NCBI RefSeq assembly: GCF_001194135.2
Contig: NC_068983.1
Span: 129,514,467-129,547,708 of the forward strand
Direction: 5' to 3'
DNA from: Octopus bimaculoides
Lineage: Eukaryota
DNA length: 33,242 nucleotides
Shown here: positions 1 through 11,415 of the stretch, one piece after another
How the letters are laid out: the number at the start of each line of letters is the position of its first letter
Position numbering within the stretch: the first letter of the stretch is position 1
Program-made: the position numbers and the translations under genes
Notes under the pieces: model-generated
The model's input: only the letters and a program-made list of their open reading frames with translations
Databases searched by the model: none
Told to the model about the DNA's origin: nothing

Positions 1-32
<32 letters not shown>

Positions 33-49
33 ATACATAGGTGCACTTG

Positions 50-81
<32 letters not shown>

Positions 82-270
82 CGCACATCTATATACGCTC
101 ATACGTCCACATTTATACATATGCACATACGTACCCACGCATATACAAATATACACATATGTGTGCATGTCCCCATATACACATATGTGCATATGTATCC
201 ATTTATATACACACACATGTATAAATAGAAATAGACTCATACACATACACATAGCTATACATATCATAAA
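1..270. repeat. (AT)n/(AC)n degenerate microsatellite
   Basis: Visible TA/CA dinucleotide runs; the ORF at 41-274 is a translation of this repeat. Confidence 0.95.
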
Positions 271-1169
271 TTGATATCCAGTTTTATTTACGTGATAACG
301 AAAACTGAAAACAATTAAAAACAAATTTTATTATGTTATAAATATAGATTTTGATCATAACACATCAACTACGCAAGTGAGACTATTGTAATATTTACCT
401 ATTAAAGAAATTATATATGTATTACATCACAACTGAAATGCTGATTAAATGGTAAAATAACGTTATAAGAAGGCGGAGTGTATAAAAGATGACAGTTTAG
501 GGTACAACCAGTCAAATTCAGAGGGCATTTTTTCCTCTGGAATATACAGATCTGGTCTTCATCATTCACAAAATGGGCCCTTTTAATTTTGCTCAGATTG
601 CTTCCAATTTTGTTGTACCGATGCAATTTATATAATTTATCTCGTAAGTTATATAATTCGATGTTACTTGGAATTAAAGTTGGGAAATTTGTGTAATTTT
701 AACCAATCAACAGACAGTGTGGCATTAGCAGCTTGTCAGCATGACACCTGCAGGCTTGTATTGTTGTTCACTGTTGTTTGTGCCACTGTTGTCTATGTTG
801 ATTCTTCACGCTTAGTACTTTTACATACATTTCTGGAACTCAGAAACTTAGCAGGATTTATGATTTCATTCGGTTAATTCTATTCATATTTATTTAGAAA
901 TCTACAATGAAATTAGTCATTTCTGTTTATTTGGAAACATACAATGAACAGCTCAGTCGCTAAACTATGATTAAGTTTTATAGGGTATAACCGTAAAGTT
1001 GACACCACTCCGCTAAACGCAAATAGTTTCTATCTCGCTATTAGCTAAAAATACCCATTTTTTTCGATTTTTAAACATGTCTAACTTTTTTCTGCAATGT
1101 TTTTCTCCACAGCAGTTCACTGCATACGACTGGAAAGAGACGGTTCGGGTAGACTGGTGTAGTGTCGAA

Positions 1170-1812
1170 GTTAGTACATGACATCATATGTAATGATGCC
1201 AATTGGTACTCATTCATGATACTGAAGTAACCATTGGAACAGTATACAGGGAATCTGTGAAAAAGCAAACTGGCTGATAAATAACAAGGAGTTATGTTTG
1301 TAGTAACGCATATTTTCATAGGGAATTAGCCCGTAGGTTCAAGGAGGCTCTGAAGGATACCTGTCTCAGCATTAAGATCGTTCAGAAACCAAGGTGGTCC
1401 ATCAGGTCACAATTGTAGATGACGTAGCTGTTCGACAATAGTACATGCATTGATAGGAACTGTGTGGTATTTACATTTAAGCACAATGACTTTAAGAGGA
1501 AGAGGGAGCTACTCTACAGCATAGGGTGCATGGGAGGAGATTGTATGGGCATACATTGGTAAGAATTCTAATTATATAGCGGATATCCGAAACGAATAAT
1601 GGAGAGAGTATAATGACAGGAAATAGTCGTCCGTACTCTCTCAGGCGAAAGAGAAACATGGCAGCACACTGGGCAGAGTTGATATCTGCGTTTTGTCCAA
1701 ACACCAAAAGCACCAATCACTTGGACTATTGCAGGTGCATGTCGTCATAAATGAAACATGCCCCATATTGAAAAACGAAGTACGTGTAGTGGGTAGCACC
1801 TACAATTGCTAG
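1170..1812 (+). mobile_element. Penelope-like element remnant (linker plus GIY-YIG endonuclease region), pseudogenised
   Basis: Manual translation from 1323 gives ELARRFKEALKDTCLSIKIVQKPRWSIRSQL*MT*LFDNSTCIDRNCVVFTFKHNDFKRKRELLYSIGCMGGDCMG. After a +1 frameshift at ~1551 it continues YIGKN...KEKHGSTLGRVDICVLSKH...ETCPILKNEV...* (stop 1810-1812). Motif order matches PLE C-termini: Cys-containing linker, (V/L)YxIxC..C..YIG, then a conserved His. Upstream ANWYS (1198-1212) resembles the PLE NGY motif. Recognised from family knowledge, not a search. Confidence 0.75.
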
Positions 1813-1869
1813 AAATGAGAGCGAAAAAATGAAAGCTCTCATTTCTAGCAATCATAGGTGCTATTTGGT

Positions 1870-2830
1870 GCACACTACACCTTACATATATACCGCCCAC
1901 ATATATGACAAACATACATGCGCGCCCTCACACACACAAATAGATGAACGCACATATACACACACACACACACACATATATACGCGCACGCCTACATACA
2001 CAGCCGCATACACATGCACACACATACACACAGAAGTCCACACACAAAATAACACACAGACCTGGCACACATCCTTACGCTCTCACAAACATACACACGC
2101 ATACAAATAAATACACACATACACACCTCTCACATGCACAAAACCACACACACACACACATACACAACACACATACACATATACACACATGCACACATAC
2201 ACATATACACACATGCACACACCCACATACACACCTCTCACATACACAATACTCACTCACATACATAACACACACGCACGCACGAAAACATACACAATAT
2301 ACACATACACGCACGCACAAAAAATATACACACACGCGCACACACACGCACACGGAAACACACATACAGACACATAAACACACACACACCCATACCTAAC
2401 ACTCAGAATCCCACACACACACGCACATCCACACACATACACACACACGCAAACACACACTTCTCACCAACACTACACACTCACACAGACACGCATACAA
2501 TCACACACACATGGGCATAAACAACACACGCACTTACAATAGCAAACGCACGCACACACACGTACACGTACCCAACACCTACAACCCCACACAAACACAC
2601 ACACGAGCACACACGTACTCAAAAAAACCGCCTGTTGACCTACCACCTAACACTGTCTATAAGCATCCACTAACCATTCCTGCTACTCATTCCTTCCACT
2701 ACGTCATACACACACACACACACACACACAAGCACACTAACAATTAAACCACCAAACCATGCACACACACACACACACACATACATACGCACACACACGT
2801 TCTGTTATCACACACACACTCGCAGACTCG
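1870..2830. repeat. ~1 kb degenerate (CA)n-rich low-complexity tract
   Basis: Dominated by CA/CACG/CATA units; source of the His/Thr-rich and Cys/Val-rich spurious ORFs. Confidence 0.95.
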
Positions 2831-2985
2831 CGCACGTACAGATATTCATCTCCCTTTTTCACTCTCCTGTCTTAGAAAGAAATTTTCCCCACCACCTCCT
2901 CTTCCGGTCTTTTCACAATGTAACCTCGTGGGCATCGGTACCATTTTCCTCTTTCTCCGTTTTTCCATTCTCCGAACATTCCATC

Positions 2986-3167
2986 NNNNNNNNNNNNNNN
3001 NNNNNNNNNNNNNNNNNNNNNNNNNNNNNNNNNNNNNNNNNNNNNNNNNNNNNNNNNNNNNNNNNNNNNNNNNNNNNNNNNNNNNNNNNNNNNNNNNNNN
3101 NNNNNNNNNNNNNNNNNNNNNNNNNNNNNNNNNNNNNNNNNNNNNNNNNNNNNNNNNNNNNNNNNNN
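2986..3167. other. Assembly gap (N)
   Basis: Run of 182 N. Confidence 1.
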
Positions 3168-3200
<33 letters not shown>

Positions 3201-3250
3201 TACAGAGAAAGAGATATAGAGAGAGAAAGAGAGAAGAGGAGAGAGGAATA
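3168..3250. repeat. (TA)n followed by (GA)n microsatellite
   Basis: Visible directly after the gap. Confidence 0.95.
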
Positions 3251-3391
3251 GAAGCAGGTATATATTTGGATGGTTAGCTTATTTATGCAAATTGCTAATT
3301 AATTATAATTCAGAAGGTAGGTGGGAACGCAGGTGGGTAAACAGGAAACACAGACAAGCACAAGAACATACACGTACATAATTATGTATGC

Positions 3392-3471
3392 GCATGCGGA
3401 AACGCTCACTGGCAAGCGTAAACGCACTGTGGCGTGCGGAAACGCACACTTGCACTCGCACATGCAAACAC
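3392..3471. repeat. Degenerate 20-bp tandem repeat, 3-4 units
   Basis: gcatgcggaaacgctcactg / gcaagcgtaaacgcactgtg / gcgtgcggaaacgcacactt, then a weaker fourth unit. Confidence 0.55.
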
Positions 3472-4124
3472 AATTAAAATCTCACCTAAACACCTACCAT
3501 ATTTTACACACAGAGAAGTCACAATGTCTGAGACGGAGAAAAGCTGTGTCCGTAAATGACCATAAAAATGTCATTGAAAATATTACGAATGCGAAGAAAA
3601 AATCTATGACAAAGCAACAAAACAAATCTTTGTTTAATGAACAACGTAAACAAACGTTCGTTCAGTTAGATGACTAGAGATGGACCAATTAACTGAGAAA
3701 GAAGTGGAATTGAACGAGTGCGTATGATATTAATATTGGCGTAATGAATTTCCTAGACATAATATAAATTAACGTAACACATAGAAATAAAGTCCATAAT
3801 ACATGTCCGTAAATATTCAAAAAGCAAAACTATAGAAGATTCCTATTATAGAAATCGTGTTTGAAATTGTTTAATACAATATTTATGATAAATTCTTTAA
3901 TTATCATGTAAATGAAATAATATTATCATAATATATTCTAATTGACATTAGATGCAGTAATACGGGACGATTAAGAAGGAAATTTCTGAATGTATATCGG
4001 ATGCAACATAATTAAGTAATGAATGGAGCTTAGTAAGCGTGAAAAGGGACGGAAATAATTAGTGCAATGCATTTATTCCGGTATGTTGATATTCGTGGCA
4101 TATCGCAATCGTAAAACAATAAAA

Positions 4125-4278
4125 AAAAGTGTAGGCGCAGAAGTAATGTCATCGATGGAACAAACAATACCAAAGCAATACAATTCATTATTATAAACCA
4201 CCAATGCTGTTAATGGTGATCATGATGGTGACAATAACGATGAAGACGATGACGGGAGTAAGTTAATCGATATCAGAG
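4125..4278 (+). repeat. 154-bp direct repeat, copy 1 (partner 5721-5874)
   Basis: Gap-free manual alignment at offset 1596; 17 mismatches in 154 bp (~89% identity). Confidence 0.95.
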
Positions 4279-4354
4279 AGGGAAGGGACATTTATCCTCG
4301 GTATGACTTTTACTCACAATATATAGTGGCAGAGGAAATTTCGTCGTGGAGGGC

Positions 4355-4453
4355 GTAGTAGTAGTAGCAGCAGCAGCAGCAGTGATGTTGGCAGTGGTAA
4401 CCGCAGCAGCGGCAGCAGCAGTGGCAGCAAGCAGTAGTAGTTGTAGTAGTAGC

Positions 4454-4505
<52 letters not shown>
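4355..4505. repeat. Compound (GTA)n/(GCA)n trinucleotide microsatellite
   Basis: Visible repeat; explains the poly-Thr ORF 4310-4525. Confidence 0.97.
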
Positions 4506-4842
4506 ACTGTTTCTAATCTTAGCACAAGCTCATCAGTTTCTAAGTGAAAGGAATGATGTACGCCTCAGTCTCACTGCTACTCGCTTTAGATGAAAACCAT
4601 AATAGACCGCGGTAGGATCTGAGTGAAAACGTGAAAAACCTTGAGAAATGTCATGGAGAATGTCTGAAACTTTAACGATCCGGTCGTCTCAGCCAAAGTA
4701 ATAATGCTATCTTCTTGGCCTACAGAACAATGAAAGTACACAGTATAAGGAGCGTTAACAATCGACTTGGGTTTGGGGGCGAAACACCATGGAACGTTGA
4801 AGCAAAAATATCATGAAACGATGAAATAATTGGAAGTGAAAG

Positions 4843-5327
4843 TTTTTTTTTTCTTTATTAACCATAAAGGTTATACAAAGAAGGGACAAAACAAAGGACT
4901 TAGGACAGACATACACAAATCTTGAAAAACTTTGGACGATGCGTATGAGTTTAAAAATTAATAATTATATGCTTTTAAAGTTAGAAATGAAAATGATTTA
5001 GATGAAAATGTTCAGGGTTCAATTTATTGACCCGCTGGTTATTTTCCTTTTATTTCTTCCTTTTTCTTCCATTTTTCCTTTTTTTCTCTTTCTTTTCCTT
5101 TTTCTTCTTTTATCTTTCTTTCCTTTTCTCTGTTTTTGACCGGCTATGCAAGCGCAGCTCCCTTTATACTCATCTTTCTAACCACAGACATCCACCTTTT
5201 ATTGAATATACTCTGCGACAGGCCCCGCTTATCTAGACGAATCTTTTGGGACAAGAGACAACTAAAAAAGTTTATCAGCCCTTGTCCGGAGATGAAGTAG
5301 CCTGTCGCAATTCCTTGCGGACGGGTC
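4843..5327 (-). mobile_element. 5'-truncated non-LTR retrotransposon (L1/Tx1-like): ORF2 C-terminus, 3' UTR, poly(A), 15-bp TSD
   Basis: Minus strand reads TRPQGIATGYFISGQGLINFFSCLLSQKIRLDKRGLSQSIFNKRWMSVVRKMSIKGAALA*, with the K.R....L....F..RW pattern I associate with Tx1-type ORF2 ends. An A-rich 3' UTR ends in AATAAAG plus A10 (T-run 4843-4852). Flanking direct repeat aattggaagt(g/c)aaag at 4828-4842 and 5328-5342 (14/15 identical). The TSD and tail are seen directly; the clade assignment is from memory. Confidence 0.85.
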
Positions 5328-5720
5328 AATTGGAAGTCAAAGGCTCCCTAAACTGTGTTGACTGATGTATGTTCATAACATGATGAGCATGAAAACAGCC
5401 AATCAGAGCACTGAAACTCTACTAGTCAAACACAAAGGATAAAAACATTCGACAAGTAGTAAAGGACACCGGCATGGGCACCACTCAGTATGCTAGACTT
5501 CTGCCAAAACAACACTATTTTATCAAAACCGTCTTAAAGCAAATGAGTCATTACGGCGACATTCTATTAAAAATTATAGAAATGACGTGGTTAAATCTAC
5601 GACCAATCAGAACATGATCAGTTTTCGTAAAAACATACACAAGTTAATTTTAAATTAACACATTTCAAACTCTAACCAGCAAAATCAGCGACGAAGCATC
5701 CCGATTGAACTATCCAACTA

Positions 5721-5874
5721 AAAAGTGTAGCCACAAAAATAATGCCATTGACGGAGCCAGCAATACCAAAGCAGTACAATTCATTATTATAAACAACCAA
5801 TGTTGTTAATGGCGATGATGATGGTTACAGTAACGATGAAGACGATGACGGGAGTAAGTTAATCGATATCAGAG
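5721..5874 (+). repeat. 154-bp direct repeat, copy 2 (partner 4125-4278)
   Basis: See copy 1. Confidence 0.95.
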
Positions 5875-6069
5875 GTTTACGTTTAAATAGAGGACAGGTG
5901 TGAAGCGATATGAAAACAAAATGTACATAATTGAAGATTTCACCAAGATGGGTGAATGATAATAAAAAAGCAATGTTTTTAAAATAAATAAATAAAGGTT
6001 ATATATTAAGATATTTAAGGGTGTGATCAATATATATTCAACTATATATTAAAATATAACTTTATAAAC

Positions 6070-6142
6070 CTTTAATTGCGCGAATAACATCACGGTAGTC
6101 CAAGAACTGAGGGAGAGGCAGTTTGTCAAGATTTACCTTCCC
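6070..6142 (-). other. Candidate 73-nt exon (unverified)
   Basis: Acceptor tctctattttgctttcag, one open frame GKVNLDKLPLPQFLDYRDVIRAIK-G, weak donor AAG|gtttat; GC is higher than the AT-rich downstream flank. No homology recognised. Confidence 0.2.
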
Positions 6143-6189
6143 CTGAAAGCAAAATAGAGATTTCACTTCAGCAGCCCATCTTTAGACTT

Positions 6190-6193
<4 letters not shown>

Positions 6194-6242
<49 letters not shown>

Positions 6243-6261
6243 TGAGAGACAGAGCGCACGC

Positions 6262-6316
<55 letters not shown>
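6194..6316. repeat. (GT)n followed by (GA)n microsatellite
   Basis: Visible. Confidence 0.97.
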
Positions 6317-6317
<1 letters not shown>

Positions 6318-6804
6318 ACATAGTAAACAATGAATGAAATGAATATGAAATGAAAAAAACGTATAACTAAAACGGCATTAATAAAGCTGTTTACGCCCCA
6401 CAATTTATTTCCTCATAACACCCAGAAAAATGGACAATTATTTTTTTGTTAGATATACCACTTAGTAGGTGTGGCTTAAAAGTATATAGGGATTTATGGG
6501 AAAGTATTATCCTTAGTGGGTGGAAAGAGGGGTTTCGGAAAATTCACATTGTCTGAATTTTGTCCATGATAACTTTCAGGAAAGTGACTATCGTTTAATG
6601 AACATTTATACAAATTTCTTTCAATCGGCATAGATTTCAATTATAAAGAAATATGCGGGGAAAATATTTTCAGGGATATTAGCAATTGTTTTTAGATCAC
6701 AGCCTTCGAAGTGATGGGGTTGGGTGGGATTAGCATTTTTAAATGAAAAATGTTTTTAAAACTCTTTGTTTTTTACAACCCATCACTCATCATCTCAGTC
6801 TGGA

Positions 6805-7648
6805 NNNNNNNNNNNNNNNNNNNNNNNNNNNNNNNNNNNNNNNNNNNNNNNNNNNNNNNNNNNNNNNNNNNNNNNNNNNNNNNNNNNNNNNNNNNNNNNN
6901 NNNNNNNNNNNNNNNNNNNNNNNNNNNNNNNNNNNNNNNNNNNNNNNNNNNNNNNNNNNNNNNNNNNNNNNNNNNNNNNNNNNNNNNNNNNNNNNNNNNN
7001 NNNNNNNNNNNNNNNNNNNNNNNNNNNNNNNNNNNNNNNNNNNNNNNNNNNNNNNNNNNNNNNNNNNNNNNNNNNNNNNNNNNNNNNNNNNNNNNNNNNN
7101 NNNNNNNNNNNNNNNNNNNNNNNNNNNNNNNNNNNNNNNNNNNNNNNNNNNNNNNNNNNNNNNNNNNNNNNNNNNNNNNNNNNNNNNNNNNNNNNNNNNN
7201 NNNNNNNNNNNNNNNNNNNNNNNNNNNNNNNNNNNNNNNNNNNNNNNNNNNNNNNNNNNNNNNNNNNNNNNNNNNNNNNNNNNNNNNNNNNNNNNNNNNN
7301 NNNNNNNNNNNNNNNNNNNNNNNNNNNNNNNNNNNNNNNNNNNNNNNNNNNNNNNNNNNNNNNNNNNNNNNNNNNNNNNNNNNNNNNNNNNNNNNNNNNN
7401 NNNNNNNNNNNNNNNNNNNNNNNNNNNNNNNNNNNNNNNNNNNNNNNNNNNNNNNNNNNNNNNNNNNNNNNNNNNNNNNNNNNNNNNNNNNNNNNNNNNN
7501 NNNNNNNNNNNNNNNNNNNNNNNNNNNNNNNNNNNNNNNNNNNNNNNNNNNNNNNNNNNNNNNNNNNNNNNNNNNNNNNNNNNNNNNNNNNNNNNNNNNN
7601 NNNNNNNNNNNNNNNNNNNNNNNNNNNNNNNNNNNNNNNNNNNNNNNN
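6805..7648. other. Assembly gap (N)
   Basis: Run of 844 N. Confidence 1.
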
Positions 7649-7871
7649 AATAATGAAGATAAAATTAGTACATATTTAACCGGTGTAATAGTTAAAGCTA
7701 TACTATTTAAAGCTAAAGACGTTTATTTAATTATAATTAAAGATCAATTGAATAATAGAAAAATACAAGATTATTTATTTCTACAAACGTGCTTCTAATT
7801 ATAAATTTTTCTATATGTGATAGTGGATTTTCATCGATGAGTTCTTGAAAATTGGTTATTTTCCCTAAAAC

Positions 7872-7902
<31 letters not shown>

Positions 7903-7954
7903 CTAAATGTGTGTGTGTATATGTGTGTGTGTATGTGTGTGTGTGTGTGTGTGT
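7872..7954. repeat. (TA)n/(GT)n microsatellite
   Basis: Visible. Confidence 0.95.
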
Positions 7955-9361
7955 CCTTATGCAAACACAGACACAGAGAAACACATGTAATTATATGATC
8001 TCCGTGCGAAATTACATGATATTATGTGTCTCCATTTTCAGGAAACCTTCATGTATGGGTGAAGAGTGCATAAATATCTAAGTTGAGTAGAACGTTTTCT
8101 GCCAAGAAGGTCTGGAAGCAAACGGAATGATGTTGTAGCGTTGAGAAAGCTGGAGTGTCTTGTATCAATGTCTCAGTATGTCAGCAGGAAGTATTCTTCG
8201 AGGCTAAACACATTTTGTGCAGGTGCTTGATAACACCACGGTAACAAAACTTGACCATTTTCAAGAGAAGTCCCAATTAGCATCATTTCATGTCTTCTCT
8301 GAACAGTAAATTGTCAGTTTATCCGACAAGAAAGCATGCTATTAGGAATTAGACAAGCTGAAATGTATGCATGCATGCTTTCACCGCTCTTGCATCGCTC
8401 TCTTATAGTCAACCAGTCATCCTTTTAATCCAGTCTCATAAATGTAGAAGCACATATGTATGAGTACCTTTCGTTTGCGTATTCATATTCTGTACCCAGG
8501 CAAGTTCTCTATGTAAAGTGTTAGCCAGAGCCATGCAGAATTCAGCTCTAAGCACGCTATATACACCTCCACAGCTTTTTTTTTTATTTTTTAGAATTTC
8601 CTGGAAACGGTTGCAAGTCCGTATTCTACACACGGGAGTTGCCACAGCTAAGATGTATTTTTTTTCAATCCTCCGAATTAAAAATAAAACATTTAATTTT
8701 ACGAATGCTTTTCTTTAGACCACAGTTTAATTTCGGGCAGTTCAGAGTTTTGGGTTAAAATCCATTAAGAGATCATTACATGTGATAATGATGAGAGAGA
8801 TATTGAAAAATATCAATACTTTAGACTGACAAACAATGAATGTTTGAGGTGGTTGTGAGATGTCCTAAATATGACGGCTGAATAGCCTTTAAATTGGCCA
8901 CAAGTATATTCTCCTTGTGATTGTATTATTGTATGAATTCTCATGTGTAGAACAGAAATGTACCAACAAGTTTCTGAAAACTCTGAACAAATATAAAAAC
9001 TTTTAAGTGTTTATAGAATAGAATTTCGTCTTCTGAACAAATGGGGCTTCCTATATATTTCAGTGATAGGTTTTTAGATGAACAGTACTAGCCACACATT
9101 AACTTATTAATTCTGTCGTTGAGTACCTCACTAGAGTACCTCATCTGAATTCAGAAATCAGAGAATAATGACAGAATATTCATGCCACCGATGGTTTCCA
9201 AACAATATTTTGTCAATTCAATTTTACTTAATATGCATATTTCAAGCTACAACTCTGGTAAAAGGACTGTAAATACACGTCTTAGATGCTTGCAGTTAAA
9301 ATCTCAGTTATAGAGACATCTATATTTAACTAAACCTTGCATCTGAGATTTGGTTCGTATG

Positions 9362-9423
9362 ATGTGTGTGTCTGTGTGAGTGTGAGTGTGCATGCGTGCG
9401 TGTGTGTATGTGTATGTGTGTGT
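9362..9423. repeat. Degenerate (GT)n microsatellite
   Basis: Visible. Confidence 0.9.
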
Positions 9424-11332
9424 ATACCGTAATCCGAAATTCAACCTATATATTTCATTTATATATTTTCACCACACGTGAAAACGGATACAGAAATGCA
9501 CCTGTGGATTTATGAATATAAGTTATGAGGTAAAATGTAGTATGTGTGCATTTGGTAGGGAAATAATGAAAAGTGCAACTTATCTCTTATTTTAGATATG
9601 TTCGAAGTAGTATTATTACGTCATATGAAATCTATTGAAATCTGTTCTAATTAGTTATATCTCTATCTGCATTATATAGAATATCGAAATAAATAGTTTT
9701 GAGGTACTTTATTGGTTGTTTGTTTGTTTTATTTTCAGAACATCTTCCTACATTTCGTTGTAAATAAAATCAATTAATTTGTTTATGAAATGTCATCAAC
9801 ATATGAAAATAGACATTCGTATACATGTGAAAGCTACTATCAACATATAATTATACGCAAAATATTTTTTTTGTGTAAGGCCAAGAAATAATCGCTGAGA
9901 TTCTAACTTAAACTATTGACATAAACTAATGTATAAAGCATTGATAACGTGTAATTTTATACAAAGTATTATATTTGTCACTTGCAGGAACATATCTCCG
10001 ATGAAATATGAACGTCAGTTCAGGATGCGTTTTTCGGTATTTAATCCAAATCAGTTTTAGATTAGTCTATCGTCTTAAACGCGGATGCATCCCTATATAC
10101 AAGGCATTTCTAAGCATAACACTCTCCAAGTATTTCTACTGCGGAAATCAGATTATTACTCTTTGTGTATTATAGACATGTGGCATCTAACGGATTGAGT
10201 AACCTGGTATCAGTAACTTGAAATTTAATGAATATGAAGATTTTTCTGATATAACTGTTGAAATGTATTGTAACATTCTTCAGTAAGGCAAATGTAGGCG
10301 AAGGTTTTGTATATATTAACAGGGAAATGTCCCTAAAATATATCACGCACATACATCTGAAGTTGTTTGGTATATAAGAATCTTACAATGTGTGTGCAAT
10401 GTGTTATAGCATATGTGTAACCATATCCTCGTCCGTTTACATAATATGAAGTTATGAGGTTATATATTTATTCGCAGTGACGTATTATATATCGTATACA
10501 ACTAGGTAAATATATATATTGATAGAACAATAAAGTAACGCACCAAGGTATAATTTTGGTATATCTAGACATTGTAATTGCAGTGGATAGTACATATCTG
10601 TAAATTGATTGTATGGGTAGATGAATGTATAAAAATATTAGAGTATTGATTTAGAAAAAGAGATCATTCAGTTATTGACAAATTAGATATTGCATGAAAT
10701 TTTACAAAATATGTAGCTGCGACTCGTCAATTTATACGGAGTTTTAAAAATATAATACGATAAAAGACAAGGAAACTTATTCATAAAGTAAGCCGTTTCC
10801 TCATATTACTTATACCCACTCATAGATGGCATGAGGTTTGTGAGTGCTAGAATTTATGCCGTCATTTGCTATACGGAGGCATTTAAAAATTGAAAGAAAA
10901 AGTAAAAATATCGTTGTCATTTACTTGCAGACAAAGAAAAGTAACCGGTTAATGCTGATAGTGTTATTTAGGTAAAATCAGCCCTGACTAATGGCGTTCC
11001 AGTTGCGACTGTTTCATTTCATTTATCTAGATCTATATTATAAATTAATAAATTAATAGTTTATTTGACAGATATTTACCAGCTATATCTAACATTTCGA
11101 TCTATGTCATTTTTATCTTCAAATGCATTCATCAATAATCGCATGGTGCAGCAAATCCAAGAACAGAGGCAATGCCAAAATTAACCTGTATACTATTATA
11201 TCAAGAAGTACTACTATGTTATGGATTTTCTGCCCTAGATCTTGTCAAAGAAGGTGTGTGCTGACATATTACACCATATTTTTATAAACGTGTGCCCCGG
11301 CCATCTTGCAGTCCTTTAAAATGTACCATATT

Positions 11333-11415
11333 CTTCCAGCCCTACAATGTGTTTTCCTACTTCCAGTCCTACAATGTGTTTCCCTACTTCCAGTGCTACA
11401 ATCTGTAGTTCCCTA
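11333..11415. repeat. 27-bp minisatellite, 3 units (plus a decayed unit at 11305)
   Basis: cttccagccctacaatgtgttttccta / cttccagtcctacaatgtgtttcccta / cttccagtgctacaatctgtagttcccta. Confidence 0.9.

Noticed and set aside
1829-2747. His/Thr-rich and Cys/Val-rich ORFs
   Set aside because: Translations of (CA)n/(TG)n.
4505-4545. Hammerhead ribozyme (CTGATGA...GAAA on the minus strand)
   Set aside because: Stem II cannot close (no G-C pair before GAAA) and no stems I or III are evident.
4130-5871. LTR/TRIM element (the repeats can be trimmed to TGTAG...TATCA)
   Set aside because: Similarity extends beyond TG and CA in both copies, and there is no TSD, primer-binding site or polypurine tract in either orientation.
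6420-6800. DINE-1/HINE-like fragment (aggtgtggctt, tttatacaaatt shared with ~12830)
   Set aside because: Only short motif resemblances, and the region is cut by the gap; it cannot be supported as a feature.
6743-7798. Long ORFs of 244-351 aa here and at 16987-18042 and 28395-29246
   Set aside because: They span N-gaps translated as X.
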